From positions 94,922,001 through 94,986,000 of the forward strand of contig CM059426.1 in assembly GCA_030390025.1 (NCBI GenBank): a stretch of 64,000 nt of DNA. The letters run 5' to 3'. The notes under the pieces are model-generated. The model made no database searches, was not told the origin of the DNA, and saw only the letters and a list, made by a program, of their open reading frames with translations. Position 1 is the first letter of the stretch. Every line of letters starts with the position of its first letter. The translations under genes and the position numbers were made by a program. The DNA comes from Squalus acanthias (taxonomy: Eukaryota). Of this stretch, positions 1-11,717 are shown in pieces.

Positions 1-261
1 ATGAGTCAGTAACGTTTCCCTGCTCTTACTAATAGTTATTTATGTTCGTTTGCACCAAGGGCTTTAGAAATGAAATGCTCTCTAACATGTCTTGAGGCCC
101 CTCTACTTGTCAAATCAGGTTTTTAAAAATGTGGGGCTTGAATCTTTTGACATTTGTTTGGCTTTGTAAGTAATTATGAGAGATTAATATGAACTTTACA
201 GCTTCTCTCCCTGCCCTAGCCCTGAACTTGCATTTTTCTCTAGGTTCTCTCCTATCTCCCC

Positions 262-1500
262 TGATGCCCTGTCCAAGCTCATCTTGTCCATGAGACCCAC
301 CTCCTACTTCCTCGACCCTATTCCCACTAAACTGTTGACCACCCAAATTCCCTTCCTGATCCCCACGTTAGCTGATATTGTCAACAGTACTCTCTCCTGT
401 ACCCCTCCCCTTCAAATCTGCTGTCATCACCCCCCTTCTCTTCCCGCTTCTGCACTGTTACCATTGGAATGTCCCAAGGATTTATCCTTGGCCCCCTCCT
501 ATTTCTCATCCACGTGCTGCCCTTTGGCGACATCATCCAAAAACACAACGTCAGGATCCACATGTGCGCTGACGACACCCAGCTCTACCTCACCATCGCC
601 TCTCTCGACCCCCTCCATTGCCTCTGATTTGTCACGCTGCTTGTCTGACATCCAGTATTGGATGAGCAGAATTTTCCTTCAATTAAATATTGGAAAGACT
701 GAAGCCATTGTCTTCGATTCCCACCACAAACTCTCTTCGCTAGCCACTGACTCCATCCCTCTCCCTGGCTACTGTCTGAGGCTGAACCAGACTGTTCGCA
801 ACCTTGGTGTCATATTTGACAATGAGCTGAGCTTCCGACCCCATATCCTCTCCATCACCAAGACCGCCTATTCCCACCTCCGTAATATCGCCCGACTCTG
901 CCCCTGTCTCAGTTCATCTGCTGCTGAAACACTCATCCATGCCTTTGTTACCTCTAGACTCGACTATTCAAATGGGCTCCTGGCCATTCTCCCACAGGCT
1001 CCCTCCGTAAACTTGAGCTCATCCAAAACTCTGCTGCCTGTATCCTAACTCGCACCAAGCCCCGTTCACCCATCACCCCAGTGCTCGATGACCTACATTG
1101 GCTCCTGGTCTGGCAACGCCTCGATTTTAAAATTCTCATCCTTGTTTTCAAATTCCTCCATGGCCTCGCGCCTCCCTATCTCTGTAACCTCCTCCAGTCC
1201 TACAACCCTCCAGGATATCTGCGCTCCTCCAATTCTGGCCTCTTGAGCATCCCTGATTTTAATCGCTGCACCATTGGTGGCTGTACCTTCAGCTTCCAAG
1301 GCCCTAAGCTCTGGAATTCCTTCCCTAAACCTCTCCGCCTCTCTACCTCTCTCTCCTCCTTTAAGACGCTTCCCAAAACCAACCCTGTCCTAATATCTCT
1401 ATGTGTCTCGGTGTCAAATTGTGTTTGATCACGCTCCTGTGAAGAGCCTTGGGACATTTTATTACATTAAAGGTGCTATATAAATACAAGTTGTTGCTGT
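262..1500 (+). mobile_element. L2-clade LINE, 3' fragment (RT C-terminal region and tail), decayed and internally deleted
   Basis: ORFs 284-1048 and 1081-1428 contain L2 RT C-terminal motifs (FLQLNIGKTEAI, LGVIFD, AAETLIHAFVTSRLDYSN, LHWL, PKLWNS). Tail cctgtgaagagccttgggac...ggtgctatataaatacaagttgttg ends near 1500. Confidence 0.9.
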
Positions 1501-1926
1501 AAATGGCAGCAACTATCAGCATATAAATTGGTACAATAAACATGCTGATGTGATTGATGGTTTAAAGCAGTTTAATTCCCTGCTCATGTTTGTGTGTGGT
1601 TTAATGTTCATTATTTATTAACTTATGATATTCCTTTTAAGAGTGATTACATGTTAAAACCAACAAAGCAATATATGTCAACCCTAAAAATTTATATGGA
1701 TGGTAAATCAGCCCTACACTGCAGTTTGGCAAATGTGGACATAACAATGCTGTTGTGCATATTTGGGATTAGCAATTTCCAATGTTGCTGTATTCGATCT
1801 GATTTATGTATGTAGTTATTAGTCTTCTTTTGTACAGTTAGGCATTGATTTCATCTGAACTTCAGAATGTCTGTAAGGCAAACGTGGACCCATTTACTAT
1901 AATCTATCATGTTTTTCAGACATAGT

Positions 1927-2613
1927 GACCTGAAGTTTCTGTTCAATTGCGCTGGTGTTTTTGGTGCAATTCCCCCAATATTGGCATAACCGGCGCAAAA
2001 GATTGCGTCATTTTAAGTGAAAATTGTGTTTAGCGCAAATTGAGTTTCCGTGATCTTCTGCGCTAGAAGCTGGCCACGCCCCCAGGATGAATCAATCACC
2101 GTTGGGAGTTTCCACTCGTTTGTGGGCCTTCAAGGAGGCTCTAAAAATTAAGCTGGAACTTTTGAGCGCAAGGACACTAATGGGCACATTTTGAATGAAA
2201 TTTGTTTAAAATTTTCCAATGAACTCACTACTATACCCCAATCTAACTAGGAAATAGTTTTGTATATTTTTTAAGTAATTTTCAGTAATTTAAAATTGGG
2301 TTACTCACAGGTGGTGGATTGACACTGATTTAAAATGCATATTTTTTTTTGATAAACCCATTTTCAGCTGTATTAATCAAACTTTACCAAGTTACCACTC
2401 TTAAATATATCAAGGAATATTTTTTTAAAGCAAAAAAAAAAGTTTTAAAACGCTACCCAATTGGGCTGGTTCATGGCAGATTTTGCATTTGGCGATATGC
2501 AAATGAGTTTGAGCAGAAATTCGAGGGGAAAAAAAACACTTTTCAAAACGGGCACAATTTTCGGCGCATTTTGCACCAGAATTGCCGATTGCGCCCAAAG
2601 CAAATTCTATCCC
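1927..2613. mobile_element. Putative Harbinger-type MITE, old copy
   Basis: AGT flanks both ends (1924-1926, 2614-2616). Right end caaattctatccc resembles the other MITE termini here, and subterminal gcgcaaa/ttgcgc motifs are present. The left TIR is poorly conserved. Confidence 0.45.
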
Positions 2614-2896
2614 AGTGCCTGCATTCCATAAATCACAGTACACGGGACTAAGTGGGTTTATGGATAGAAGTCCCAAATTTTGCCTGCTTACTCCATTAGA
2701 CATCATAGATGTATTATTCTCCACGTGTAGGCCAGTAATTGGTTACCAAACTTATAGTAGGCCAACTGCTATATATATATATCGATAGATATATGTCCTT
2801 GGAACTGTGCTTTGCATCAAATGTTGGGGATCTCAAGAGTACTATATATGCAGATGAAGGGAATGGAAATTGAGTCCAGTAGCAGGGGCATGGATC

Positions 2897-3116
2897 AGTC
2901 CTTGGATGTTGTCGAGCTTCTAGAGTGTTGTTGTGGCTGCACCCATCTAGGTGAGTGATGAATATTCCATCGCACTCCTGACTTGACTCTTGTAGACGGC
3001 AGAGAGGCTTTGAGGGGTCAAGAGGTGTGAGCCATTTGTCAGTTTCTGTCAGTGGTCTACTTCAACTTCTGGTCAATAGTGACCCCCAAGATGTTGATAG
3101 TGGTGAACTCGGCAAT
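2897..3116 (-). mobile_element. Degenerate fragment of the LINE family seen at 18730-19280
   Basis: Similar to 48385-48510 (gagtgttgttggagctgcactcatccagg...tattccatcacactcc...aggctttggggtgtca). Confidence 0.7.
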
Positions 3117-3329
3117 CCTGCTAAAGCTGCAGGCTCCTTTTTACAGGAACAGCTCAGATTGCATTGCATTGCTGGCACGTTCCTTATTTTAGTGGCCCAC
3201 TCCACATGACATTCAGGACAACTTCAGCAGTCCCAATCTCGATCATCATAGTTAGCGGCCCCGTTCTGTTGTCTTTCTGACTCGCTTTGTTCCATTCTAC
3301 AGGCTCTCCATGCAGTGCTCAATAGGTGC

Positions 3330-4035
3330 AAGAGGTAACAGAAGGGAGGAAAGACAAAAAGCTGAAAAGGGAAGAGGGGAAAGAGAATGTAAAGCAAAAG
3401 TGGTGTGTTGGTGTGATGACAGTGTAGACTAGAAGGGGAGGGTTCGGAGAAAGAGTATGTAAACTGGGGCGGAGAGGAAGTCAACCAGAAGTGCAGGAAT
3501 GTGGGGTCACAAGAGAATGTAAAGCATAAAAGCAAAAGAGAGATTGAAAACCAGAAGAGGGTGGCAGAGTATGTGAATCAGAAACAGGGAAGTGATCGGG
3601 AATGTGCTCCAGAAAGAGGGAGAAAGTGAGAATCTGCAGAGTGAATCAGACAATTAGAATAATCCAGAAAAAGTGAGTGCATGACCAACCAGAAAAGGAG
3701 AGAGAGTGCAAATCAGAAAGAGTGTGAGGGCAAAATGGAAAAAGGGAGAGAACAAATGAGAAAGAGAGATAATGAGATAGGGAGAGCAATCCAAAATGAG
3801 AGACAGTAAACCAAAAAGTGGGAGTGAGCAGGGCTGGTGGGGGGTAGGAGAGAGAGCAACCAGTGAGAACAAGAGAGACAGACCAGAGAAGAGGAGCGAG
3901 CAAATCAGAGAGAGGATACATACCAGAAAGGTGGAACAGAGAGAGGACAAACGAGAGAGAGCAGAGAACAAAGTAGAAAGAGAGAGAGAGTGTGTACAAA
4001 GCAGATAAGGGGAGGAGAGAGCAAACCAGAGAGAA
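3330..4035. repeat. Purine-rich (GA) low-complexity or degenerate tandem repeat, continues at 5475-5735
   Basis: Strong A/G strand bias with a recurring (c)aaaccagaaa-like motif; the same pattern resumes after the CR1 insertion. Confidence 0.6.
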
Positions 4036-4039
4036 TCAT

Positions 4040-5472
4040 ACAATCATAGAATAGTACAGCAGAGAAGGAGGCTATTCGGCGGCTTCCGAAGAGCAGTCCA
4101 GTTAGTCCCACTCGCCCGCTCATTCCCATATCCCTGAAATTTTTTCTTCTTCAAGTATTTATCCAATTCCCTTTTGAAGACTACTATTCCAAATCCTAAC
4201 CACTCGTTGTGTAAAACAGTTTTTCCTCATGTCGCCTCTGGTTCTTTTGCCAGTCACCTTAAATCTGTGCCCCCTCGTTATCGACCCTTCAGCCATTGGA
4301 AAGAGTTTCTCTTTATTTACTCTATCCAAACCCTTCATAATTTTAAACACCTCTATCAAATCTCCTCTTAGCCTTTTCTGCTCCAAGGAGAACATCCCCA
4401 GCTTCTCTAGTCTATCCACATAACACTAATCCCTCATCCCTGGAACGATTCTAGTAAATCTCTTCTGTATCCTCTCCAAAGCCTTCACGTCCTTCCTAAA
4501 GTGTGGTGCCCAGAATTGGACACAGTACTCCAGCTGGGGCCGAGCTAGTGTTTTATATAGGTTTAGTATAACTTCCTGGCTTTTGTACACTATGCCTTTA
4601 TTTATAAAGCCCAGGATCCCATATGCTTTATTAACTGCTTTGTTAACCTGTCCTGCCACCTTCAAAGATTTGTGCACAAACACCCCCAGGTCTCCCTGTT
4701 CTTGTACCCCCTTTAAAATTGTATGATTTAGTGTGTATGGTCTCTCCTCATTCTTCCCACCAAAATGTATCACCTCACACTCCTCTGCATTGAATTTCAT
4801 CATCCTGTGTCCGCCCATTCCACCAGCCTATGTCTTCTTGAAGTCTATTACTATCTTCCTCACTGTTTACTACACTTCCATGTTTTGTGTCATCTGCAAA
4901 ATTTTGAAATTGTGCCCTGTACCCCCAAGTTCAAGTCATTAATGTATATTAAAAACAGCAGTGGTGCTACTACTGAACCTTGGGGAACGCCACTATATAC
5001 CTCCCTCCAGTCCGAAAAATAGCCATTCACCACAACTCTCTGTTTTCCATCCCTTAGCCAATTTTGTATCTCTGCTGTTACTGCCCCTTTTATCCCACGG
5101 GCTTCAATTTTGCTAACGAGCTTAGTATGTGGTACTTTATCAAACGCCTTTTGAATGTCCATATATACAACATCAACTGCACTGCCCTCATCCACCCTCT
5201 GTTACCTCATCAAAAAACTTGATCAAGTTAGTCAAACACGATTTTCCCTTAACAAATCCGTGCAGGCTCTCCTTTATTAGTCCATGCTTCGCCAAGTAGC
5301 TGTTAATTTTCTCCCGGATGATTGTTTCTAAAAGCTTCCACGTTAAACTGACTGGCCTGTAAATGCCAGGTTTATCCATCTCCCCTTTTTCGAACAGGGG
5401 TGTAACATTTGCAATCCTCCAGTCCTTTGGCACCACCCCTGTATGTAAGGAGGATTGGAAGATTGTGGCCAA
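4040..5472 (-). mobile_element. CR1-clade LINE, 5'-truncated (RT region to tail)
   Basis: Minus-strand ORFs: YRPVSLT, GKSCLTNL, VDVVYMDIQKAFDKVPH, SGVPQGSV, RPQLEYCVQFWAP, RLRGDLIEVFKIM. Tail ttctatga-type repeat near 4040. Confidence 0.93.
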
Positions 5473-5740
5473 AGATAGCAAAAAAAACAGAAAAGGAGAG
5501 AAAGAGAGAGAGCAAACAACAGAGCGAAGAGAGAAAACTAGAGTGAGTGCACAAACCAGATAAGGGGACAGGAGAGGGGACAAATGCAGGGGTAGTAAAC
5601 CAGAAAGAGAGAGTATAAACCAGGAGAGGAGGGGACCAGGAAAGGGAGGGAAAAGAAAGTGAGTGAGGAAGCAAAAGAGCAAACTAGAAAGTGAGAACGC
5701 ACGCACAAACCAGAAAAGGGGGAAAGGGAGAGAGCATTGC

Positions 5741-6035
5741 ATGAGGTGGCGTCTTTCGGATGAGATGTTAAACCAGGGTCCCATCTACACTCTCAAGCGG
5801 ACATTAAATGTTGCATGGTGCTAAGCAAAGAAGACCAACATCACTTTAAAAAAAAAAAACAGGTTATCTCGTCATTTATTTCATTCGTCTGTGGGACCTT
5901 GCTGTGCGCAAATTAGCTGCTGTGTTTCCCTACATTACAACAGTGCCTATACTTCAAATAAATGCTACATTGGCTGTGATGCTCTTTGGGACACCCTGAG
6001 GCCATGAAAGGCATATATAAATACAAGTTTGTTCT
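5741..6035 (+). mobile_element. DeuSINE/SacSINE1-like SINE, 5'-truncated
   Basis: Deu-domain-like gtctttcggatgagatgttaaaccagggtcccatct...gggaccttgctgtgcgcaaattagctgc plus an L2-like tail; homologous to 6420-6735. Confidence 0.8.
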
Positions 6036-6144
6036 TTCTATCTCAATTTTGCTCAGGTGTTGGTAACTGATACTTTAAGTATGATGCAATGCTTTATCTC
6101 TGTTTCATTAGTTTAGAATGATAACCTATTGATCATTTATGCAG

Positions 6145-6232
6145 ATTATGGCGGAACGGAGGAACGCCAAAGCTGTGGCTTGCAGCATCTCTCAGGAACG
6201 AGTCAATATGAACCTCGATGTTCCTCTACAAG
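6145..6232 (+). CDS. APBB2: APBB2 coding exon (linker between PTB1 and PTB2): IMAERRNAKAVACSISQERVNMNLDVPLQ
   Basis: gcag acceptor at 6141-6144 and gtaac donor at 6233. The peptide matches remembered APBB2 IMAERRNAKALACSSLQERANVNLDVPLQ. Phase is consistent with the next exon. Confidence 0.95.
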
Positions 6233-6296
6233 GTAACATTTTTCTGAAAAAACAGATCTAGACCATTTCAGTCGAGCGTAGCTTTTTTTTTTAGGT

Positions 6297-6735
6297 GTTA
6301 GCCGTGGCTCAGTGGTAGCACTATCGCCTCTGAGTCAGAAGGTTGTGGGTTCACTCCAGAGACTTGAACACATAACATAGACTGACTCCCCAGTGCAGTA
6401 CTGAGGGAGTGCTGCACTGTTGGAGGTGCCATAAAAGACGTTAAATGAAGACCCCATCTGCCCTCTCAAGTAGACATAAAAGATCCCATGGCACTATTTG
6501 AAGAAGAGCAGAGGAGTTCTTCCCGGTGTCCTGGCCAATATTTATCGTTCAACCAACATCACTAAAACAGATTATCTAGTTATTTATTGCTGTTTGTGAG
6601 ATCTTGCTGTGCATAAATTGTTGCTGTGTTTCCTACATTACAACAGTGACTGCACTTCAAAAGTACTTCATTGGCTGTGAAGTGCATTGGGATGTCCTAA
6701 GGTTGTGAAAGGCGCAATATAAATGCAAGACATTT
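6297..6735 (+). mobile_element. tRNA-derived DeuSINE (SacSINE1/AmnSINE1-like), near full length
   Basis: A-box tggctcagtgg 6305-6315 and degenerate B-box gggttcactcc; Deu domain (aagatcccatggcactatttgaagaagagcag); L2-like tail gtgaagtgcattgggatgtcctaaggttgtgaaaggcgcaatataaatgcaag. Confidence 0.85.
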
Positions 6736-7310
6736 TTTTATATATAAACGTATTTGTGCAGTTTAATTGTGTTGGTGGTATAAGCTAGAAAACTACCAAG
6801 AGCTGACCCTGGAAATGAGTATAACAAATGAAAGTGCAAAACATTTTGACATAAACTGTAGTTCTGAGTTGCTGTGAATATAGTTAGACCACTCATGGAT
6901 TTAAGAAAATAATTTATCTGTGACCATACAAGAAAGTGGTAAGAGGGCACTTAGAAAATCATAATATGATTAGGCAGAGTCAACATGGTTTTATGAAAGG
7001 GAAATCATGTTTGGCAAATCTATTAGAGATTTTTGAGAATTTGACTAGCAGGGTAGATAAAGGGGAACCAGTGGATGTAGTATATTTGGATTTTCAAAAG
7101 GCCTTCAATAAGGTGCCACATGGAAGGTTGTTACACAAGATAAGGGCTCATGGGGTTGCGAGTAATATATTAGCATGGATTGAGGATTAGTTAACAGACT
7201 GAAAACAGAGAGGAAGGATAAACGGGTCATTTTCAGGTTGGCAGGCTGTTACTAATGGGGTGCCGCAAGGATCAGTGTTGGGGCCTCGGCTATTTACAAT
7301 CTATATTAAA

Positions 7311-7965
7311 GAGGGGAATTTTAACAAAAAAAGGGTGGGTTTGGAGCGTGGGGGTAGTTAAATTGTTATAAATCGGATTCCCGACCTGAACCTGCCTCCA
7401 ACCCGCCCACTTCCGGTTTTAACGGCGGCAGGACAGGAAGCAGGACAGGAGTGGGCAGCCAACCCGCTGCCAGGAGGCGGGACGTCAATTTAAATATTAC
7501 AATGAGGCTGGAAGCCTCTTTTTTAACCTCCATTTTGTTTTTAACTGCATGTGGACGGATTTTACACATTCCGTAAAACCCGGCAGTTACACCAAAGCGG
7601 GGACTTCTGCATCCAGGAGGTAAGATCCAGCGTTCCTGCCTAGCCCATCCCCTGCGATTGGAGACACCCTCACGAGGCCTCCGATCACCATCCTGGACCC
7701 CCACCCCCACACCACCTGACCAACCTGAGGCCGGCCCCAATCCCCCCAGGTCCCATGATGTCAGCGATCTCCCCACCCCCCAGTCCCACAACGTTGCCGA
7801 TCCTCTCTCGACCACCACCACCGGTCCCTTGGTGTTGGTGATCTTCTCTTCTCCCCTGCCCACCCCCCCACCGGTCCCTCGATGTCCCTGATCTTTTCTC
7901 CCTGTCCCCCCCCCCATCCCACGATGTCGCCGATCTTCTCTTCCCACCGCCCCCCCAAGTCCCAA
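7311..7965. mobile_element. Harbinger-type MITE inserted in CR1, right end lost
   Basis: Starts gaggggaattttaac and interrupts the CR1 RT between ctatatta and gagtaatgtatccaag. Shares cgcccacttccggttttaacgg with 10528-11131. Confidence 0.65.
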
Positions 7966-8034
7966 GAGTAATGTATCCAAGTTTGCTGACGATACAAAGC
8001 TAGGTGGGAAAGTAAGCTGTGAGGAGGACACAAA

Positions 8035-8816
8035 GGGTTGGATTTTCTCAATGGGAAGCTTTTGGAGGCGGGACTGCTGCTTGCCGGCTTTCAATCCTGC
8101 CTCCATCAGCTTCTGGCCAACCAGCGGGATTTCCCCCGGATTGACCTTGTTAAGCCCGCCTAGCGGGCTCAGCAGGCCAATTAGGGGGAAGTCAGTGACA
8201 GAGCACATCAACGTATGACATGCCATCTGTCAAGAATTTTTGAAAGAAGAAATGTCATCGTTTGACAGCTCTGTGAAGCTGTCAAACACTGACATTCTGG
8301 GAAGTTTGATGAGCCCTTGTGTTCAGGACTCATCAAACCTTTCAACTTTGCAGAAATCACCTGGCTGTTGGTTCAGAGGATCCAACAGCCAGTCTGTGAA
8401 ATCTACAACGGAGATGTGGGGACTCCGGCTCCACAGCGGTTGAAGGCTGTAGGCAGAAACAAAGGTAAGTGAACATTTTCTAACACTTTACACTCACCTT
8501 ACATACTTACCACTCCACACTTGCACCCATCACTCACCTCTACATCGCACTTTCAGACCCCTCCGACCCCCGCAGACCTCCTACTCGTCTCTTGCACTCT
8601 GGCGGGGTTCCCCGAGGTTGGGAAGCCTGCACTTCAGAAGGAAAAATGGGGATAATCCTATTTTCTGCCTGTTAACTACCTCAAGGAGATGGAACCCGGG
8701 GCAGGATGGCTTCTCGCCTCCTGGCAAGAGGACACGGAGGCAGGTTTGCCACCCGCCCCCAAATTCTGCAACTTTACCGGCAGTTCCGCCTCCTCGGGGC
8801 TGACAAAATCCAGCCC
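8035..8816. mobile_element. Harbinger-type MITE (~780 bp) inserted in CR1
   Basis: TIRs GGGTTGGATTTT / AAAATCCAGCCC; near-TSD AAA/AAG. The CR1 sequence gaggaggacac...gagtctccaaaggg is contiguous across it. Confidence 0.85.
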
Positions 8817-10169
8817 AAGGAGTCTCCAAAGGGCTATAGACAGGTTAAGTGCGTGGGAAAGAAGGTGGCAGATGGAGTATAATGTGGGAAAATGTGAGGT
8901 CATTCACTTTGGTAGGAAGAATAGAAAAACAGAATATTTTTTAAATGGTGAGAAACTATTAAATGTTGGTGTTCAGAGGGATTTGGATATCCTTGTACAT
9001 GAAACACAGAAAGTTAACATGCAGGTACAGCAAGCAATTAGGAAGGCAAATGGTATGTTGGCCTTTATTGCAAGGAGGTTGGGAGTACAAGAGTAAGGAA
9101 GTCTTGCTACAATTGTACAAGGCTTTGGTGAGACCACACCTGGAGTACTGTGTTTTGGTCTCCATACCTAAGGAAGCATATACTTGCCTTAGAGAGAGGG
9201 TGCAACAAAGGTTCACTGGATTGATTCCTGGGATGAGAGATTGTCCTATGAGGCGCGTTTGAGTAGAATGGGCCTATACTGTCTGAAGTGTAGAAGAATG
9301 AGAGGTGATCTCATTGAAACATATAAGATTCTGAAGGGGATTGACATGGTAGCTGCTGAGAGGTTGTTTCTCCTGGCTGGAGATTCTCGAACTAGGGGGC
9401 ATTGTTTCAGGATAAGGGGTCGGCCATTTAGGATTGAGATTAGGAGAAATTTCTTCACTCAAAGGGTTGTAAATCTTGGTAATTCTCTGCCCCAAAGGGC
9501 TGTGGATGCTCAGTTGTTAAGTATATTCAAGGCTGAGATCGATAGATTTTGGGATTCTAAGGGAATCGAGGGATATGGGGATCGGGCAGGAAAGTGGAGT
9601 TGAGGTTGAAGATTAGCCATGATCTTATTGAATGGCGGAGCAGGCTCAAGGGGCCGTATGGCCTACTCCTGCTTCTATTTCTTATGTTCTTACAATAATA
9701 TGACATTGTAACCAAATCTCCCATCATGGTAATGTTATGATTCATTGAATCATGTTTGCAGTTACATTTACTGTATTGGTGTTACAGATATATTTGTGCA
9801 AATTAATATACCTCCTGCATAAGTGGAGGCAATTCAGTGACGTGTGGGCTTTATAATACATTATTGCATTTGTTATTTTTATAAACCAATAAGAAAAATT
9901 AATCTGAGATTACGGTGGACCTACAGTATGTTGCCTTTGAGAATTTAGCTTTTCATGTATTTATTTGAGTTTGTAGTCAGTTTTCCGCTTGTGTACTCGC
10001 CTGCCTGTTAATTTCCTGTCTGTTAAAATTAATGAGGAGGAATCTTGGCTGGAGAGCAGACGAGCAGAAAACTCTGGTTGGTGTCTGTAAGTCGTATAAG
10101 TGTAAGAAAATGTACATGAAATAGAAGAAAATGTAATTTGACATGCCTAAATTTGTTTATGCTCTGCAG

Positions 10170-10253
10170 TAGATTTCCCAACACCAAAGACGGAACTGGT
10201 ACAGAAGTTTCACGTTCAGTACCTCGGTGTGTTACCTGTGGCCAAACCATTAG
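10170..10253 (+). CDS. APBB2: APBB2 coding exon: (V)DFPTPKTELVQKFHVQYLGVLPVAKPL(G), start of PTB2
   Basis: cag acceptor 10167-10169 (alternative tag 10170-10172), gtaaat donor 10254; frame joins both neighbouring exons. Confidence 0.95.
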
Positions 10254-10527
10254 GTAAATTATGGTGGAATAAAAATATTAGGATTTATATTGTTATTGTT
10301 TTTGTTCTGAATAAAAACAGGCCAACATAATATATTCAGGTATCACTTTTGATATAATATTCTACTATAATATGGTGCACTATTTTAAAGGACAAGAAAT
10401 AGTTTTTATTCATTCTAATGTCTGTATAGATGTGCTATTTCCAAATAAGTACAAAATGTAAAAGAACTGAAATATGCTATTTTTAAAAATGAGTCTAAAT
10501 ATGGTGAAAGTTAAAGAAAATACAATA

Positions 10528-11131
10528 TGGGAATTTTAACCCCCAAGGACGAGTATGTTGGGAATGGGTGGGAAGGTAAAAAATTTAAAGTCCTCAAACC
10601 CAACCCCAACCCCAACACGCCCACTTTCAGTTTTAACGGAGGTGGGACAGAGGGCGGGTGACCAATCCGCTCTCGTGAAATGTTTTAAGGAGGCTACGTG
10701 CCTCATTTTAACTCAATTTTTATTTTGAATGCATGGAGGCCTGGATTCCCCACAAAATCCGTATCCCCCCTCCCCCACGATGTCCGAATTCCACCCCCAA
10801 GATGTCCGAATTTCCCCCCCACCCCCCCCACGATGTCTGAATTGCCCTCCCCACGATATCCGTATCACCTCAAACCCCCTCCCACTTCCCGCCCCCCGCG
10901 ATGTCAGACTTAGCTGACATCCCTGCTCTCTGGCTTTCTAGCCCGACAGCCAGCCAATCTGTCAATCCGGCTGACCGTCAAGTGGGAATCCTGTTGAAAA
11001 AATTTAAAAGATGTCCTGCCATTAAATTCATCAGGACGTGTGGGAAACCCTTATTTCCAGGTTGCTCGTCCAAAAATCCTCCCCCTCCCCCACCCCCACT
11101 CTCTTCCTGGCTCTGAGTTAATATCAGGGCC
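10528..11131. mobile_element. Harbinger-type MITE, same family as 7311-7965
   Basis: Left gggaattttaac, right gttaatatcagggcc; internal similarity to the 7311 copy and C-rich cacgatgtc repeats. Confidence 0.65.
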
Positions 11132-11188
11132 ATTGTATTGGAAGAATATTGACTAATAAATCTTGCACTTTCCTGCTGTGATTGGTAG

Positions 11189-11304
11189 GTATAGAAATAC
11201 TGAATGGTGCAATCGAGAGCTTACTGACCACGACTAACAAGGAAGACTGGATATCTGTTATTATGAATGTTGCTGATGCCACTGTTACAGTGATAAGGCA
11301 GAAG
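11189..11304 (+). CDS. APBB2: APBB2 coding exon: (G)IEILNGAIESLLTTTNKEDWISVIMNVADATVTVIRQK
   Basis: tag acceptor 11186-11188, gtgagt donor 11305; matches APBB2 PTB2 (NKEDW.SV.MNVADATVTV). Confidence 0.95.
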
Positions 11305-11717
11305 GTGAGTAATCGAAGTTTGTGTGTAAGGGTATGAATTCCTCCATTTCTCTCAGACAACCTCCTTGAAATATTTGTTCAGTATTTTTTACAGTTAAAG
11401 TACGTGTTAAATAGCATTAAGTATAATAATTTATTTAAAAAGAATAGATTAATGAGGACAAAGTGACACAAATTTCATCAAAGTAGAGACTTTCCACCAA
11501 ACATTGCTTAATGGAAGTTTGTAAAATGGTTCTGTCAATGCTGGCTATTGGAGTGGCTTGATAATGATCAATTTACGATTATATCTTTTTGTTGATGATT
11601 AAAGTCGGTGTCATTGAAATTTGTATTATCCAAATTTTAATTTCATGCATTGCTAAAATGTTTCCATTTGACTAAAATTAATAAAGGAAAAGAACCCGTT
11701 ATAGTCCTCTATATGAC

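Larger units (their letters stand above)
6930..9690 (+). mobile_element. CR1-clade LINE, 5'-truncated, interrupted by two MITEs
   Basis: ORFs: HGFMKGKSCL, VDVVYLDFQKAF, aagtttgctgacgatac (KFADDT), WQMEYNVGKC, RPHLEYC, RGDLIETYKI. Tail tcctgcttctatttcttatgttctta. Confidence 0.93.

Noticed and set aside
3224-4129. Leu/Ser/Phe-rich membrane-protein-like ORFs
   Set aside because: Translations of the pyrimidine strand of GA-rich low-complexity DNA.
6297-6360. tRNA gene
   Set aside because: The B-box/T-arm is damaged and the sequence continues into a Deu domain and LINE tail, so it is a SINE head.
7366-8226. 286-aa Gly-rich minus-strand ORF
   Set aside because: It spans two MITEs and a piece of CR1; an artefact of C-rich low-complexity sequence.
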